Positions 53,383 to 62,562 of a stretch of 64,000 bases of DNA are shown here, one piece after another; within the stretch, counting starts at the first letter, position 1; each line of letters starts with the position of its first letter. The position numbers and the translations under genes are program-made. The notes beneath the pieces were generated by a model. That model was given only the letters and a program-made list of their open reading frames with translations. It did not search any database and had not been told where the DNA came from. Source of the stretch: an uncultured bacterium. GTDB lineage: Bacteria; Oederibacteriota; PGYV01; CAWJRG01. Location of the stretch: the NCBI GenBank assembly GCA_963845185.1, contig CAWJRG010000005.1, positions 1-64,000 of the forward strand, given 5' to 3'.

Positions 53383-53694
53383 TCAAGACGTCTTAAACTG
53401 AATTAGCGTCTGCTCAAACTGCTGTTTCTGGTCAACGTTTAATTTGTCAAAATTACCCACAAGGCAGTATGCTGTAACACCTTTAAATTTAAATTTATAA
53501 ACAGGGTTGCCCTGTTTGAGTTCGTCGCCAAAAACATCCACAGTGACCTCGCCTTCCACATTAGCCATTTGCAGGTCGGAATCAAACTCGTTTTTTCTTT
53601 CCGGCGGCAGCGTAATCCATTTTTTTAACGAAACGGTTAAATTTTTATTAACGCAATGTTTTAAAAAAGCCTCTCCTTTTATCATTTCAAACAC
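53383..53694 (-). CDS. Hypothetical protein
   Basis: 103-aa ORF in a co-directional run with GAGG/GGAG upstream. Confidence 0.55.
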   Translation of the reverse strand: MFEMIKGEAFLKHCVNKNLTVSLKKWITLPPERKNEFDSDLQMANVEGEVTVDVFGDELKQGNPVYKFKFKGVTAYCLVGNFDKLNVDQKQQFEQTLIQFKTS

Positions 53695-53759
53695 CTCTTT
53701 TGGTTTTCATTCAGCATTCAACACTCAACAATCAACAATCCACATTCCGATTCCCGTTA

Positions 53760-54578
53760 CTATATTACCGGCCCGCCGGCTATCATGTCATTGCACCTTA
53801 TGCAGTCTGCCTTGTCGCAGTGCGTAATTTCCGGCTTAATCTGTATTGCCGCAGCCGCGCGTTTTAAAAAAGCTGACATTGGAAAAACCCTCCATAAGCT
53901 TTCTCCTACTTTAATCTTTTTTTCAAGAACCGACAAAACCGGCGCGAGTTTCTCAAAACCCTCGGAGCATCCGCCTATTTCAGCCTGGATAATTTTTTTA
54001 TCAGGCCCGTTTGCCCAGCGTATGAACATTTTCCTGCCCGCTGTCTGCTCTGCAAGATGAATTGCAGTCATCCTGTTTAAACCCACACCCATGAGCAGTA
54101 TAAATCCGTTGAATAACGCGAGCTCACGCAAAGGCGCGTAAACATCCATGGGTTGCTGCTCTTTTACCAGTTCCTGCGCATAGGGACCAATTGCCGCAAA
54201 TGAATCAAGCGGGTGTTTCCCTCTTACCCTTTCTTTCATCCTGATAATTTCAGCAGGTATCGAGCCCATATCCCTGTTTATTTCCCTACTTTCCAGTGAA
54301 TAAACCATATCTTTTTCTTTAGGGTCAATCCACCACACTTTACTGTAATCTATGCCGTTTTGTTTTATCCTTTCATTTTCCGGGGGCATAACCTGGTAAA
54401 TATCCGAAAAAGCCGGAACCAGCATCGTGCATTTTTCTTTTAAAAAAGCCTTGATTATGGTTTTGGCGCCCCCGTCAACCTCGCCGAATGACTTCAAAGA
54501 CGAATGCACGCACATCGCCTTGCCGGATAAATTCAATTCTTTAATGGCTTTTATTATATCCTTTTCTTTGACCGGCAT
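53760..54578 (-). CDS. AAC(3)/YokD-family acetyltransferase
   Basis: VHSSLKSFG.V.GGA, HPLDSFAAIG, ILLMGVG..MTAIHLAE, GCSEGF. Confidence 0.88.
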   Translation of the reverse strand: MPVKEKDIIKAIKELNLSGKAMCVHSSLKSFGEVDGGAKTIIKAFLKEKCTMLVPAFSDIYQVMPPENERIKQNGIDYSKVWWIDPKEKDMVYSLESREINRDMGSIPAEIIRMKERVRGKHPLDSFAAIGPYAQELVKEQQPMDVYAPLRELALFNGFILLMGVGLNRMTAIHLAEQTAGRKMFIRWANGPDKKIIQAEIGGCSEGFEKLAPVLSVLEKKIKVGESLWRVFPMSAFLKRAAAAIQIKPEITHCDKADCIRCNDMIAGGPVI

Positions 54579-54582
54579 CCTG

Positions 54583-55371
54583 TTATGCCTGTCTTCCGGC
54601 TATCACTTCAAGCCTTTTCATTTCAAGCGTCAAAATACCTTTTGAATCCGCCGGGTGCTTTTCAATATATCTTTGAAGTATTTCATTTAAAAATTCCTTT
54701 TTTAATTTTTCCGGCACCCTTTGTATATAAGGCAGCCATGTTGTCCTTATCCATGCCGTCATGCCCGCTTTGTCCTGCCTCATTATCCTGGTTAAAATCT
54801 TCACGTTTTCAGGTTTCAGCCCTGCTTCTCCCAGCCATGCCCTGTATTGTTTTGCCCCGTAAAATCCCCAGGGGAACGAAAACTCCCTGAAATATTTTTT
54901 CCATTTCTTTTTCCTTATTATTTCGTTTACATTATTGACCATCATTTGCGCGTTGCCTTTGCCGCCCATCTGAATAAATATTTTCCCGTTTGGTTTTAAT
55001 GCCTTTTTTATCCTTTTTAAGAGTGATCGGTGGTCAATTACCCAGTGCAGGCATGAATTTGAAAGTATAAGGTCGAATTCATTTTTAAAACTGATTCTTC
55101 GTGCGTCCTTTGTCATAAATGCAAGATTTTTATATTTTCCGCCCTTAAATTCATTTTTGGCATGACCTATCATGCTTTTCGAATTGTCAATGCCCAGGAC
55201 ACTGCTGTTTTTTGCTTTTTCAGCCACAATGGCAGTCAGCCTGCCGTCGCCGCAGCCTATGTCAAGCACATGCCAGCCCGGTTTCATTTTTATCTTTGCG
55301 ATAAGTTCCCTGGCCCATTGCTCCTGGTATTTTGAATTCTTCTTATAGTCTTTAGCGTCCCATTTGTACAT
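54583..55371 (-). CDS. Class I SAM-dependent methyltransferase (Tam-like)
   Basis: VLDIGCGDG, FDLILSNSCLHWV. Confidence 0.88.
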   Translation of the reverse strand: MYKWDAKDYKKNSKYQEQWARELIAKIKMKPGWHVLDIGCGDGRLTAIVAEKAKNSSVLGIDNSKSMIGHAKNEFKGGKYKNLAFMTKDARRISFKNEFDLILSNSCLHWVIDHRSLLKRIKKALKPNGKIFIQMGGKGNAQMMVNNVNEIIRKKKWKKYFREFSFPWGFYGAKQYRAWLGEAGLKPENVKILTRIMRQDKAGMTAWIRTTWLPYIQRVPEKLKKEFLNEILQRYIEKHPADSKGILTLEMKRLEVIAGRQA

Positions 55372-55381
55372 GTTTTAATTC

Positions 55382-56320
55382 CTATTTGTCCATTGTCGTC
55401 CTGTTTTTTCCGGCATTTTTGCTGTCATACATTAATTTATCCGCCCGGCTTACAATGCTCGCTATGTTCTCGTTGGGTTTAGCTATTGTAGCGCCTATTG
55501 AGACGGTAACTTTCAGCGGTTCTTTGTCAACAGTCACTCCGGAGCTGGCAACAAGTTCCCTTAATTTTTCAGCAACGCCGTATAAATCCTCGGTATCTAT
55601 GCTTGATACTATTACTATAAATTCCTCCCCTCCCCATCTCCCGACAAAATCTTCTATCCTTACATTGGTAAGCATGGTTTTGGCAACATACTTTAATACC
55701 CTGTCCCCTGTTTCGTGGCCGTAGGTATCGTTGAATTTCTTGAAATTGTCTATGTCGACAAACAGCACGCCGAATTCGCCCCTCCAGGGATGGCGCTGCC
55801 ATTCCTCAAACTTTGTAAGCAGCCTTATTTCCGTATAGCGTCTGTTGCCGACTTCGGTTAATTCGTCTATGAATGCAAGCGCCTGCAGCCTTTCTATTTT
55901 CTGGAAAGCAATAAGATTTTCAGTATTATTCCTGAATATCTCCACGGCTCCGATTACTTTTCCATGCTCATCCCTTATCGGGGTAATGCGCGTGGAAACA
56001 GGTACGCGGTAGCCGTCCTTGTGTTTCAAAAAAATCTCTTCTTTAACCATCCTGTTTTCCTTCATTGCCAGCTCAGCCGGGCATTTGCCGGACTTGCACA
56101 GGTTTTCGCCCTTTGCGTTCACATGCACAAGTATATTATCAAAGCAATGCGTTCCCATTATTTCTTCTTTTACATAACCTGTTATTTCTTCCGCTGCTTT
56201 GTTCCAGAATGTTATCTTTCTTTCCCAGTCGCAGTAATAAACGCCGTCATGCAGGTTGTCAAGCAAAGTCTTGTAAAAATCATCATCTTTTCCGTCCATT
56301 TTCTCTCCTGATATTTTCAA
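55382..56320 (-). CDS. PAS-domain diguanylate cyclase
   Basis: WNKAAEEITGY PAS; DIDNFKKFNDTYGHETGD, RWGGEEF. Confidence 0.92.
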   Translation of the reverse strand: MKISGEKMDGKDDDFYKTLLDNLHDGVYYCDWERKITFWNKAAEEITGYVKEEIMGTHCFDNILVHVNAKGENLCKSGKCPAELAMKENRMVKEEIFLKHKDGYRVPVSTRITPIRDEHGKVIGAVEIFRNNTENLIAFQKIERLQALAFIDELTEVGNRRYTEIRLLTKFEEWQRHPWRGEFGVLFVDIDNFKKFNDTYGHETGDRVLKYVAKTMLTNVRIEDFVGRWGGEEFIVIVSSIDTEDLYGVAEKLRELVASSGVTVDKEPLKVTVSIGATIAKPNENIASIVSRADKLMYDSKNAGKNRTTMDK

Positions 56321-56348
56321 GCTGTTTTAATAAATGGGACTAAAATAA

Positions 56349-57395
56349 TTACCAGTTTTCCCTGTCTTTTATTCCGAGGTTCTTTACCAATTTCGCCTTA
56401 ATAAAACTGGCACCGTAAATAAAAAGCGTGATAAAACACACAACCGGGTGGTACAGCCAGGCTGTTTGCCTTTTCCTGATAAAACCCGCAATCATCTGTA
56501 TTAAAAGAGGTATTATAGTTACGCAGCAAACGCTGAATAATAGTATGCCCGTCAGAGGAAATTTGCTCCACGGATAAGTCCTTTCGCTGCTTTTGTTAAA
56601 ATAAAGGAAATCAAGTATGCGCCTCTGCTGTTTTTTTATGAATGATTTCAGGTTTCTTGAATATATATGCACTATGCCTGTCTTTACTTTTACGAACCTG
56701 TTAAATCCCTGTTTTACAAGCTCGTAAACAATATCAATGTCAAACATATAAGGCGCGTATTTTGTTTTTAAAAGCATGCCTTTCCTCAGGAAAGTGCCGT
56801 TTGCGCCTATTGTCGGGATATTTTTTTTATCCAGGTTAATAACGATTTTATTTTCGTCTTCTTTGCAGTCAAGCTTGAACCCGGTCCATTTGCCCGTTAT
56901 ATAGCTGTACTTGTCATAATTGCCTATAAAAAGGCACAGCGGGTCATTGGCCCCTGACATGGCAAAATACTTTGTCAAGGGGGTGTCTTTTTCCCTGTAA
57001 ACAAAATACAGCGGCTCAGTGCCTATTATTTCGGGCATAAGCTCAAAAGGCTCGGCCATTTTTTGTATATAATCCGGACCGGGCATTATGTTATCGCTGT
57101 CAATGAACGCAAGTATGTCGCCTTTTGCCTTGTCTATCCCGACAGATTTTCCCGCTTCGCCTGTTTTTAACGGGTTCGCGTGTATGCTTATGCTGATTTT
57201 ATCCTTATAGGAATTCACTATTTCAAGGGTTTTATCCTTTGAGCCCGCGTCAACTATTATGAGCTCCAGTTTTTCTTCCGGGTAATCCTGGGATATTATG
57301 GCGTCAATACATTCGCCTATCACGTTTTCCGAATTATAGGTGGGGGTTATTATTGATATATATGGCTGCATTTGTTTTTGCTCCGCAATACGCAA
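56349..57395 (-). CDS. Family 2 glycosyltransferase
   Basis: SIITPTYNSE, VDAGSKD, AFIDSD, C-terminal TMs. Confidence 0.9.
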   Translation of the reverse strand: MRIAEQKQMQPYISIITPTYNSENVIGECIDAIISQDYPEEKLELIIVDAGSKDKTLEIVNSYKDKISISIHANPLKTGEAGKSVGIDKAKGDILAFIDSDNIMPGPDYIQKMAEPFELMPEIIGTEPLYFVYREKDTPLTKYFAMSGANDPLCLFIGNYDKYSYITGKWTGFKLDCKEDENKIVINLDKKNIPTIGANGTFLRKGMLLKTKYAPYMFDIDIVYELVKQGFNRFVKVKTGIVHIYSRNLKSFIKKQQRRILDFLYFNKSSERTYPWSKFPLTGILLFSVCCVTIIPLLIQMIAGFIRKRQTAWLYHPVVCFITLFIYGASFIKAKLVKNLGIKDRENW

Positions 57396-57407
57396 TCCTC
57401 AGTTTCA

Positions 57408-58856
57408 TTATTTCTTGTCCCTTTTAAAGTCCATTATATGGCCCATAGCCGCCTTGCCTGCCTTAAAAAGGAAAGTAAAATCTTCCCAGGTTCTGATTTC
57501 AGCGAACTGCCTCATTATGAATTTCGGCGTCATAAATGCACTGTAGATGTCGTCGCATATTTTCATTACGTCGGCAGGCTCCATGTCGGGAAATTTAAAA
57601 ACCGGCCTTGTCATGTCGAATTTTTCCCAGTCCCCCGGAGTAAACCTCAGCCAGCTATTTTCCACTGCCTGCTTGTATAAGGGCGTGCCCGGGTAAGCGA
57701 TTACAACCGTTGCCTGCAGCATGTCTGCCAGGCCCTTGTCAAGCAGCCTTTTTGCCATGTCGTATGTCCTCATAGCGTCTTCTTTTGTTTCCCACGGGTA
57801 ACCTACCATTATGGTAAGGTGCACGCCGATGCCGGCATCTTTCGCTATCCTGCAGCCTTTTTCAATATCCTCAACCTTTGTGCCCTTGCACAGCCTGTCA
57901 AGCGTGTGCTGGTTCGCGGATTCAAGCCCGAACTTTAAAAGCCTGAAGCCCGCTTTTTTCATCAAAGGCGCTATCGTCTCGTTTATATAGTCGAACCTGA
58001 AATTCGCCATAAGCGATATTTTGTATTTCCTGTCCAGCACTCCCTGGCAGAATTTCTTCAGCCACTCACCCCTGGGGAATGTGCCTGTATCGTCAAAAAT
58101 TTCCCTTATCCTGTAGTTCTCAATCAGCAGCCCGATTTCGTCAAGCAGGCTTTCCGGAGACCTTGTCCTGAATGTCGGAAAAAGGGTTGTCCATGAACAG
58201 AATGTGCATTTTGCCCACGGGCAGTCCCTTCCGGTCATCGTGTAAGTATATGGGCTGTATTTGAAAAATTTTTCGCCGTATAATTTCCATTTTGTGAGTT
58301 CCCTGTCTATAAAAGGAAGCGTGTTAAGGTCATGGTCAAGCTTGAACTTCCCCGTGTTTTTTACTTCTCCCGAATCCCTGTACCATATGCCCGGCTCAAG
58401 CGCTGCCTTCCCCTGTATCCATTCGGCAATGTTTAAAAGCAGGAAATCATAATCCCCGCCCGTCAGCACAAAATCAGTTTTCGAATTTTGCATTGTTTCG
58501 TCGGGCATTGCCGTCACGTGGTCGCCCATCATTACCACTTTTGCTTCCGGCAGTGCGTATTTAATGTCCTCTATTATGCACCAGTGCTGTTTGACGACCG
58601 GCGTTTTTGTTTCGATTGCTATTAAATCGGGTTTTTCCTCGATAAGCAGTTTCATGTAGTCTTCCAAAGACTTTTTTTCGGCTATGTAGTCGTTCCATAT
58701 AACGTCGTAACCTTTTGACTTTAATAGCGTGGCTGCCGACGCAGGAACCATCGGATAAATAAACGACGGGTTGTGGAACCACTGAAACTGCCTGTTCTGG
58801 CCTAAAGTCGGCGTCCCCTCGCCCTGCAAAGGCGGGTAGGATATCATGATTTTCAT
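57408..58856 (-). CDS. B12-binding-domain radical SAM protein
   Basis: GRDCPWAKCTFC cluster motif, MGDHVT, FGLESAN, GTPLY. Confidence 0.88.
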   Translation of the reverse strand: MKIMISYPPLQGEGTPTLGQNRQFQWFHNPSFIYPMVPASAATLLKSKGYDVIWNDYIAEKKSLEDYMKLLIEEKPDLIAIETKTPVVKQHWCIIEDIKYALPEAKVVMMGDHVTAMPDETMQNSKTDFVLTGGDYDFLLLNIAEWIQGKAALEPGIWYRDSGEVKNTGKFKLDHDLNTLPFIDRELTKWKLYGEKFFKYSPYTYTMTGRDCPWAKCTFCSWTTLFPTFRTRSPESLLDEIGLLIENYRIREIFDDTGTFPRGEWLKKFCQGVLDRKYKISLMANFRFDYINETIAPLMKKAGFRLLKFGLESANQHTLDRLCKGTKVEDIEKGCRIAKDAGIGVHLTIMVGYPWETKEDAMRTYDMAKRLLDKGLADMLQATVVIAYPGTPLYKQAVENSWLRFTPGDWEKFDMTRPVFKFPDMEPADVMKICDDIYSAFMTPKFIMRQFAEIRTWEDFTFLFKAGKAAMGHIMDFKRDKK

Positions 58857-58869
58857 AATTGATCTCCTT

Positions 58870-58968
58870 TGATAGCGTTTATTTTGTCAAGCCGAAGGCG
58901 CCGACAAAATATTACGCTATCATGTATCCGATCAAGTCCGAGGCCGCAAAGCCGAGGACAAGCGGTGC
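58870..58968 (+). repeat. Two-hairpin intergenic element, copy F
   Basis: GATAGCGTTTATTTTGTC-AAGCCGAAGGCGCC-GACAAAATATTACGCTATC-ATGTATCCGATCAAGTCC..GGACAAGCGGTGC. Confidence 0.9.
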
Positions 58969-59006
58969 TGCTATTCTTGTTTGCTCTATTGCTGTCCAAA
59001 GAAATT

Positions 59007-59088
59007 CACCCTCATCCTGGCTTTCTCCCGTCAAGGGAGAAGGAAAAAACACCCCCTCTCCCCTTGCGGGAGAGGGTAGGGTGAGGGG
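59007..59088. repeat. Inverted pair of CCCTCTCCC..GGGAGAGGG REP-like palindromes
   Basis: CACCCTCATCCTGGCTTTCTCCCGTCAAGGGAGAAGG and CCCTCTCCCCTTGCGGGAGAGGGTAGGGTGAGGG. Confidence 0.8.
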
Positions 59089-59097
59089 TCTATTCTT

Positions 59098-60105
59098 TTA
59101 TTTTGGACAAGAATGAGTCTGCTCGTCTTTTAATTTTTTAGAAAATAAGCCTTTAATAAAGTATATTCCATAATATACATGTGTCAACAGTATTCCAAGT
59201 ATCACATGTGCGGAATATTTTATATTTTTAACCCTTATTCCGTCTATTAAAAGCAAAACAAGGTAAATCATGGCAGGCGCAAGCCACAAAAAACACAATA
59301 TTTTACCGCAGTTGACAAAAAAGGAAAAAACAAAGCTTAAAAGATAAATCACAAAAAAAGTCGGTATGAAATAGGACAGCCTGAATGAAGTCTCGGGGAA
59401 CCTTTTGACAAAATATCCCCTGTGGGTGGCGTAATTTTTCACCTGGTTTATGTGCCCTGTAAAAAAATTCCTCCTGTGGTGAAAAACTATTACGCCCGGG
59501 TCGTATACTATCCTCATTTTTAGGTCCTTTACTATTTTCAGGCATATTACCGTGTCCTCGCCCGGCCAGAAAGCCGTGTTAAAACCCCCTATTTTATTAA
59601 GTATATCCCGCCTTATTATTAAATTGCTGGATGGGTAATCGTCAACATCGCGTCTTTTTTCCGGCATATACCTGTACCTGTAACCGCCGCCGCCCAAAAA
59701 GGAAGAGTATATAAATCCACTTACTTTTTGCAGGAAAGAATCCGACTCGGGAGTTACCGCCGGCCCGCATACCGACGCGATATTTTTGTCTTCGTTGAAT
59801 ATTTCAATCGCCCGCTTCAGCCATGTCTTGCCCGGGAAGACGTCGTCGTCTATAAAAGCTATTATCCGCCCTGCCGCATGCTTCAGGCCTATGTCCCTTT
59901 TCGCGCCCGGGAATATGTGCCCGGTCGGGATTATTTTTATTTTAAACGCGTGCTTCTTTACGCTCTTGTCTTTTTTATCGGGTAATATGATGACTTCCAG
60001 GTCTTTCCTTTTGAAATCAATAGAGTTGATATACGAAAGCGATTCTTTTATATAATCGTTTATTTCCTTTACGGGTATTATTATGCTTACTTTTGAAGTT
60101 TTCAT
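59098..60105 (-). CDS. Family 2 glycosyltransferase
   Basis: SIIIPV, AFIDDD, WPGEDT, C-terminal TMs. Confidence 0.9.
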   Translation of the reverse strand: MKTSKVSIIIPVKEINDYIKESLSYINSIDFKRKDLEVIILPDKKDKSVKKHAFKIKIIPTGHIFPGAKRDIGLKHAAGRIIAFIDDDVFPGKTWLKRAIEIFNEDKNIASVCGPAVTPESDSFLQKVSGFIYSSFLGGGGYRYRYMPEKRRDVDDYPSSNLIIRRDILNKIGGFNTAFWPGEDTVICLKIVKDLKMRIVYDPGVIVFHHRRNFFTGHINQVKNYATHRGYFVKRFPETSFRLSYFIPTFFVIYLLSFVFSFFVNCGKILCFLWLAPAMIYLVLLLIDGIRVKNIKYSAHVILGILLTHVYYGIYFIKGLFSKKLKDEQTHSCPK

Positions 60106-60839
60106 TGCGTCTTGTCATAATATCGCAGTATTCTCAGCCGGTAAAAAACTGCTGCGGTATCCCACATCATATTAAATATCGCCATAAAAGTTATATGGCC
60201 AAATCTGCCTTTATACTCTACGACAACCGGCGCTTCAGATATTTTAAAGCCGTTGTGATGTGCCAGCACGAGAAGCTCGAGGTCAAAAGCGTATCTTTTT
60301 ATAAGTACTTTATGAAAGACCTTTTCCAGTACTTCTCTTTTAAAAAGTTTAATGCCTGTCTGGGTATCGCGGAGCGGCAGGCCGAAAAGCAGCTTAACGA
60401 TAAAAAAATAACCAGCGGACATAATCCTCCTTCTCACCGGGTAATGTAAAACCGATCGAGGGTGCCTTTTTGACCCTATTACAACATCGGCATTTTCTTT
60501 ATTCATGGTGCCAAACAGCACTTCGAACTGCTTCGGGTGTATATCAAGATCCCCGTCAAGAAACATAACAAGGTCGCCGCTGCTTTTCCTGAAGGCTTCT
60601 TTTAACGCTTCTCCCTTGCCCTGGTTTTTGGCCAGCTTAAATACTTTAATATGCTCCTTGTTTATCTTTGAAACTTTATCAAAGGTCATATCCCTGGAAC
60701 CGTCGTCCATGACTATTATTTCATAACTTAATTTCAGCTTTTTAAAGTATTCATCGGTTTCCAGTATGTTTGCCGCTGCATGCATTTCCTCGTTGTACAT
60801 CGGCATCAGAACCGATAATTTTTTAAATTCCATCATCAT
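60102..60839 (-). CDS. Family 2 glycosyltransferase (polyprenol-phosphate sugar synthase-like)
   Basis: SVLMPMYNEE, DDGSRD, NQGKGEA, FLDGD, DTQTGIKLF. Confidence 0.9.
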   Translation of the reverse strand: MMMEFKKLSVLMPMYNEEMHAAANILETDEYFKKLKLSYEIIVMDDGSRDMTFDKVSKINKEHIKVFKLAKNQGKGEALKEAFRKSSGDLVMFLDGDLDIHPKQFEVLFGTMNKENADVVIGSKRHPRSVLHYPVRRRIMSAGYFFIVKLLFGLPLRDTQTGIKLFKREVLEKVFHKVLIKRYAFDLELLVLAHHNGFKISEAPVVVEYKGRFGHITFMAIFNMMWDTAAVFYRLRILRYYDKTQ

Positions 60840-60880
60840 TCTCCGTTCTTTATTCTTTCTTATTGTAGAGACACGCCATG

Positions 60881-62494
60881 GAGTCTGTCTCAAAACTCTT
60901 TTAAACGCCTTGCATTGCCTACACTTATCGCGTTTTTTAGCCCCTATCTTTATTATTTCTCTTCTTTTCGATTTGTGGTTCTTTTCTTGTCAGGTTGCGA
61001 ACCTTAATTTAACCTTACCTTCCCTCCACAAGGCATACATTGTCTTTATGTTATGGGCGGCGCATATAAAAGACCATTGTGTTTTTACGCTTTCGATTCC
61101 TCTAACACTAAATCTTGTAAAACCAAGTACGTTTTTTATACGTCCCAATAATGGCTCAACTATTGTTTTTCTCTTTCGAAGCTGTTCTTTCCAGTTATTG
61201 ACCCTAGCTTCTTCTCTGTATATTGACACTATCTCCTCATACTCATGCTTATTTGCTTCTATTATCCTTCCGGATTTTACCTTGCTGCATTCGTATTTAT
61301 AAATACAATCCCTATGATCCCCGCATCGGTATATCATTGTCTCTTTTCCGTTTTTCTTCTTCCTTATACTGGTATATTCAAGCCTGCCATTTTTAGGACA
61401 TACATATTCGTTTTTTTCTTTGTCGTATTTAAAATGCGCTTTGCCATACGGCCTATCGCTGTCATCCTCCGGCAAGTTAACAATTATATTCCTTTTTTCT
61501 TCTTTGGCTTTTGCCAGTTCTTCCGGTGAATAATACCCTCCATCCGCAAGCGTTACTCCTGATTTTTGTCCGGTATTCGACTCTGCTTTTTCTATCATAT
61601 CATTCAGCATGTGAGCATCCGATTCCTTGTTTGTCACATTCTCTGCCACAATTATCTGTTTCTTTGCGTCCACAACAACCTGTGAGTTATATGCCTGTTG
61701 CAGTCCTTTACCTCTTGTCATCATGAACCGGCTGTCTCTATCTGTGGGGTTTTCAGTTGTTTTTCCTTCACTTTTCATACGTTCTATATGTTCTCTTATT
61801 ACCTGACGCAGTTTCTCCTTTTCCTGCAATTCTTTTGGCATTCCGCACTTACTTTTGCCCTCTTCATCGTCTTGTTCGTCATTTTTCTCAATTTCCACCA
61901 TTATTTTGTCTATTTCTCTGTCTAATTCTTGTATTTTTTTATTCATGTCTTTTATTGTTTTGGTCTTTTCCTTATTTACATCTGCCTGTATTTTTGTGCC
62001 GTCCACGGCTTGGATTTCAAAACCAACCAAATTGTTGTTTGTTGCCACACGCACCGTCTCCTTCAGTAAAACCCTTATCTGCTCTTTATTTCCTTTAAAA
62101 AATCTCCATAGCGTATTATGGTCGGGATGATTATTCCCGGTTATCCATATCATCCCCATTGAATCGTAAGTCATTTTTTCAACTTTTCTGCTGCTCTTTT
62201 TTCCTTCCAGTATGCCGTACATCCATGCCCCAAGTAAAAGATCTACAAAATATCCCGGTCTTCCGGTTTCTTCTTCCATTTTAAAACCCATCTCTTCAAG
62301 CGGTAATTCTTCTACGAATTCTACGACAAATCGAGCTAAATGATCTTTTGAAACCCAATCTTCTATTGCCGGTGGCAGTAGATACATTTGATTTCTATCG
62401 GCTCTTATCGTTGGCATTTGGTTTCTCCTTCGCTAAATTTTGAAACCATTATACCATTTATGTCAAAGAATTAAGAGGCTTTTGAGACAGACTC
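60881..62494 (-). mobile_element. IS1182-family insertion sequence, copy 2 (1614 bp, intact)
   Basis: 15-bp terminal IR, 4-bp target duplication CATG. Confidence 0.93.
60990..62417 (-). CDS. IS1182-family DDE transposase
   Basis: LLPPAIEDW, SSRKVE, PDHNTL, AVDGTKI, TDRDSRFM, LADGGY, RKTIVEP. Confidence 0.93.
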   Translation of the reverse strand: MPTIRADRNQMYLLPPAIEDWVSKDHLARFVVEFVEELPLEEMGFKMEEETGRPGYFVDLLLGAWMYGILEGKKSSRKVEKMTYDSMGMIWITGNNHPDHNTLWRFFKGNKEQIRVLLKETVRVATNNNLVGFEIQAVDGTKIQADVNKEKTKTIKDMNKKIQELDREIDKIMVEIEKNDEQDDEEGKSKCGMPKELQEKEKLRQVIREHIERMKSEGKTTENPTDRDSRFMMTRGKGLQQAYNSQVVVDAKKQIIVAENVTNKESDAHMLNDMIEKAESNTGQKSGVTLADGGYYSPEELAKAKEEKRNIIVNLPEDDSDRPYGKAHFKYDKEKNEYVCPKNGRLEYTSIRKKKNGKETMIYRCGDHRDCIYKYECSKVKSGRIIEANKHEYEEIVSIYREEARVNNWKEQLRKRKTIVEPLLGRIKNVLGFTRFSVRGIESVKTQWSFICAAHNIKTMYALWREGKVKLRFAT

Positions 62495-62562
62495 CATGGC
62501 GTGTCTCTACTTTAGTTTATAAAAAATCCTTGCCTCATCCGTTAATATTTGACAACTTTAAC

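Noticed and set aside
53760..54578. Acquired aminoglycoside resistance gene
   Set aside because: AAC(3)/YokD homologs are widespread chromosomal genes; no mobile context and substrate unknown
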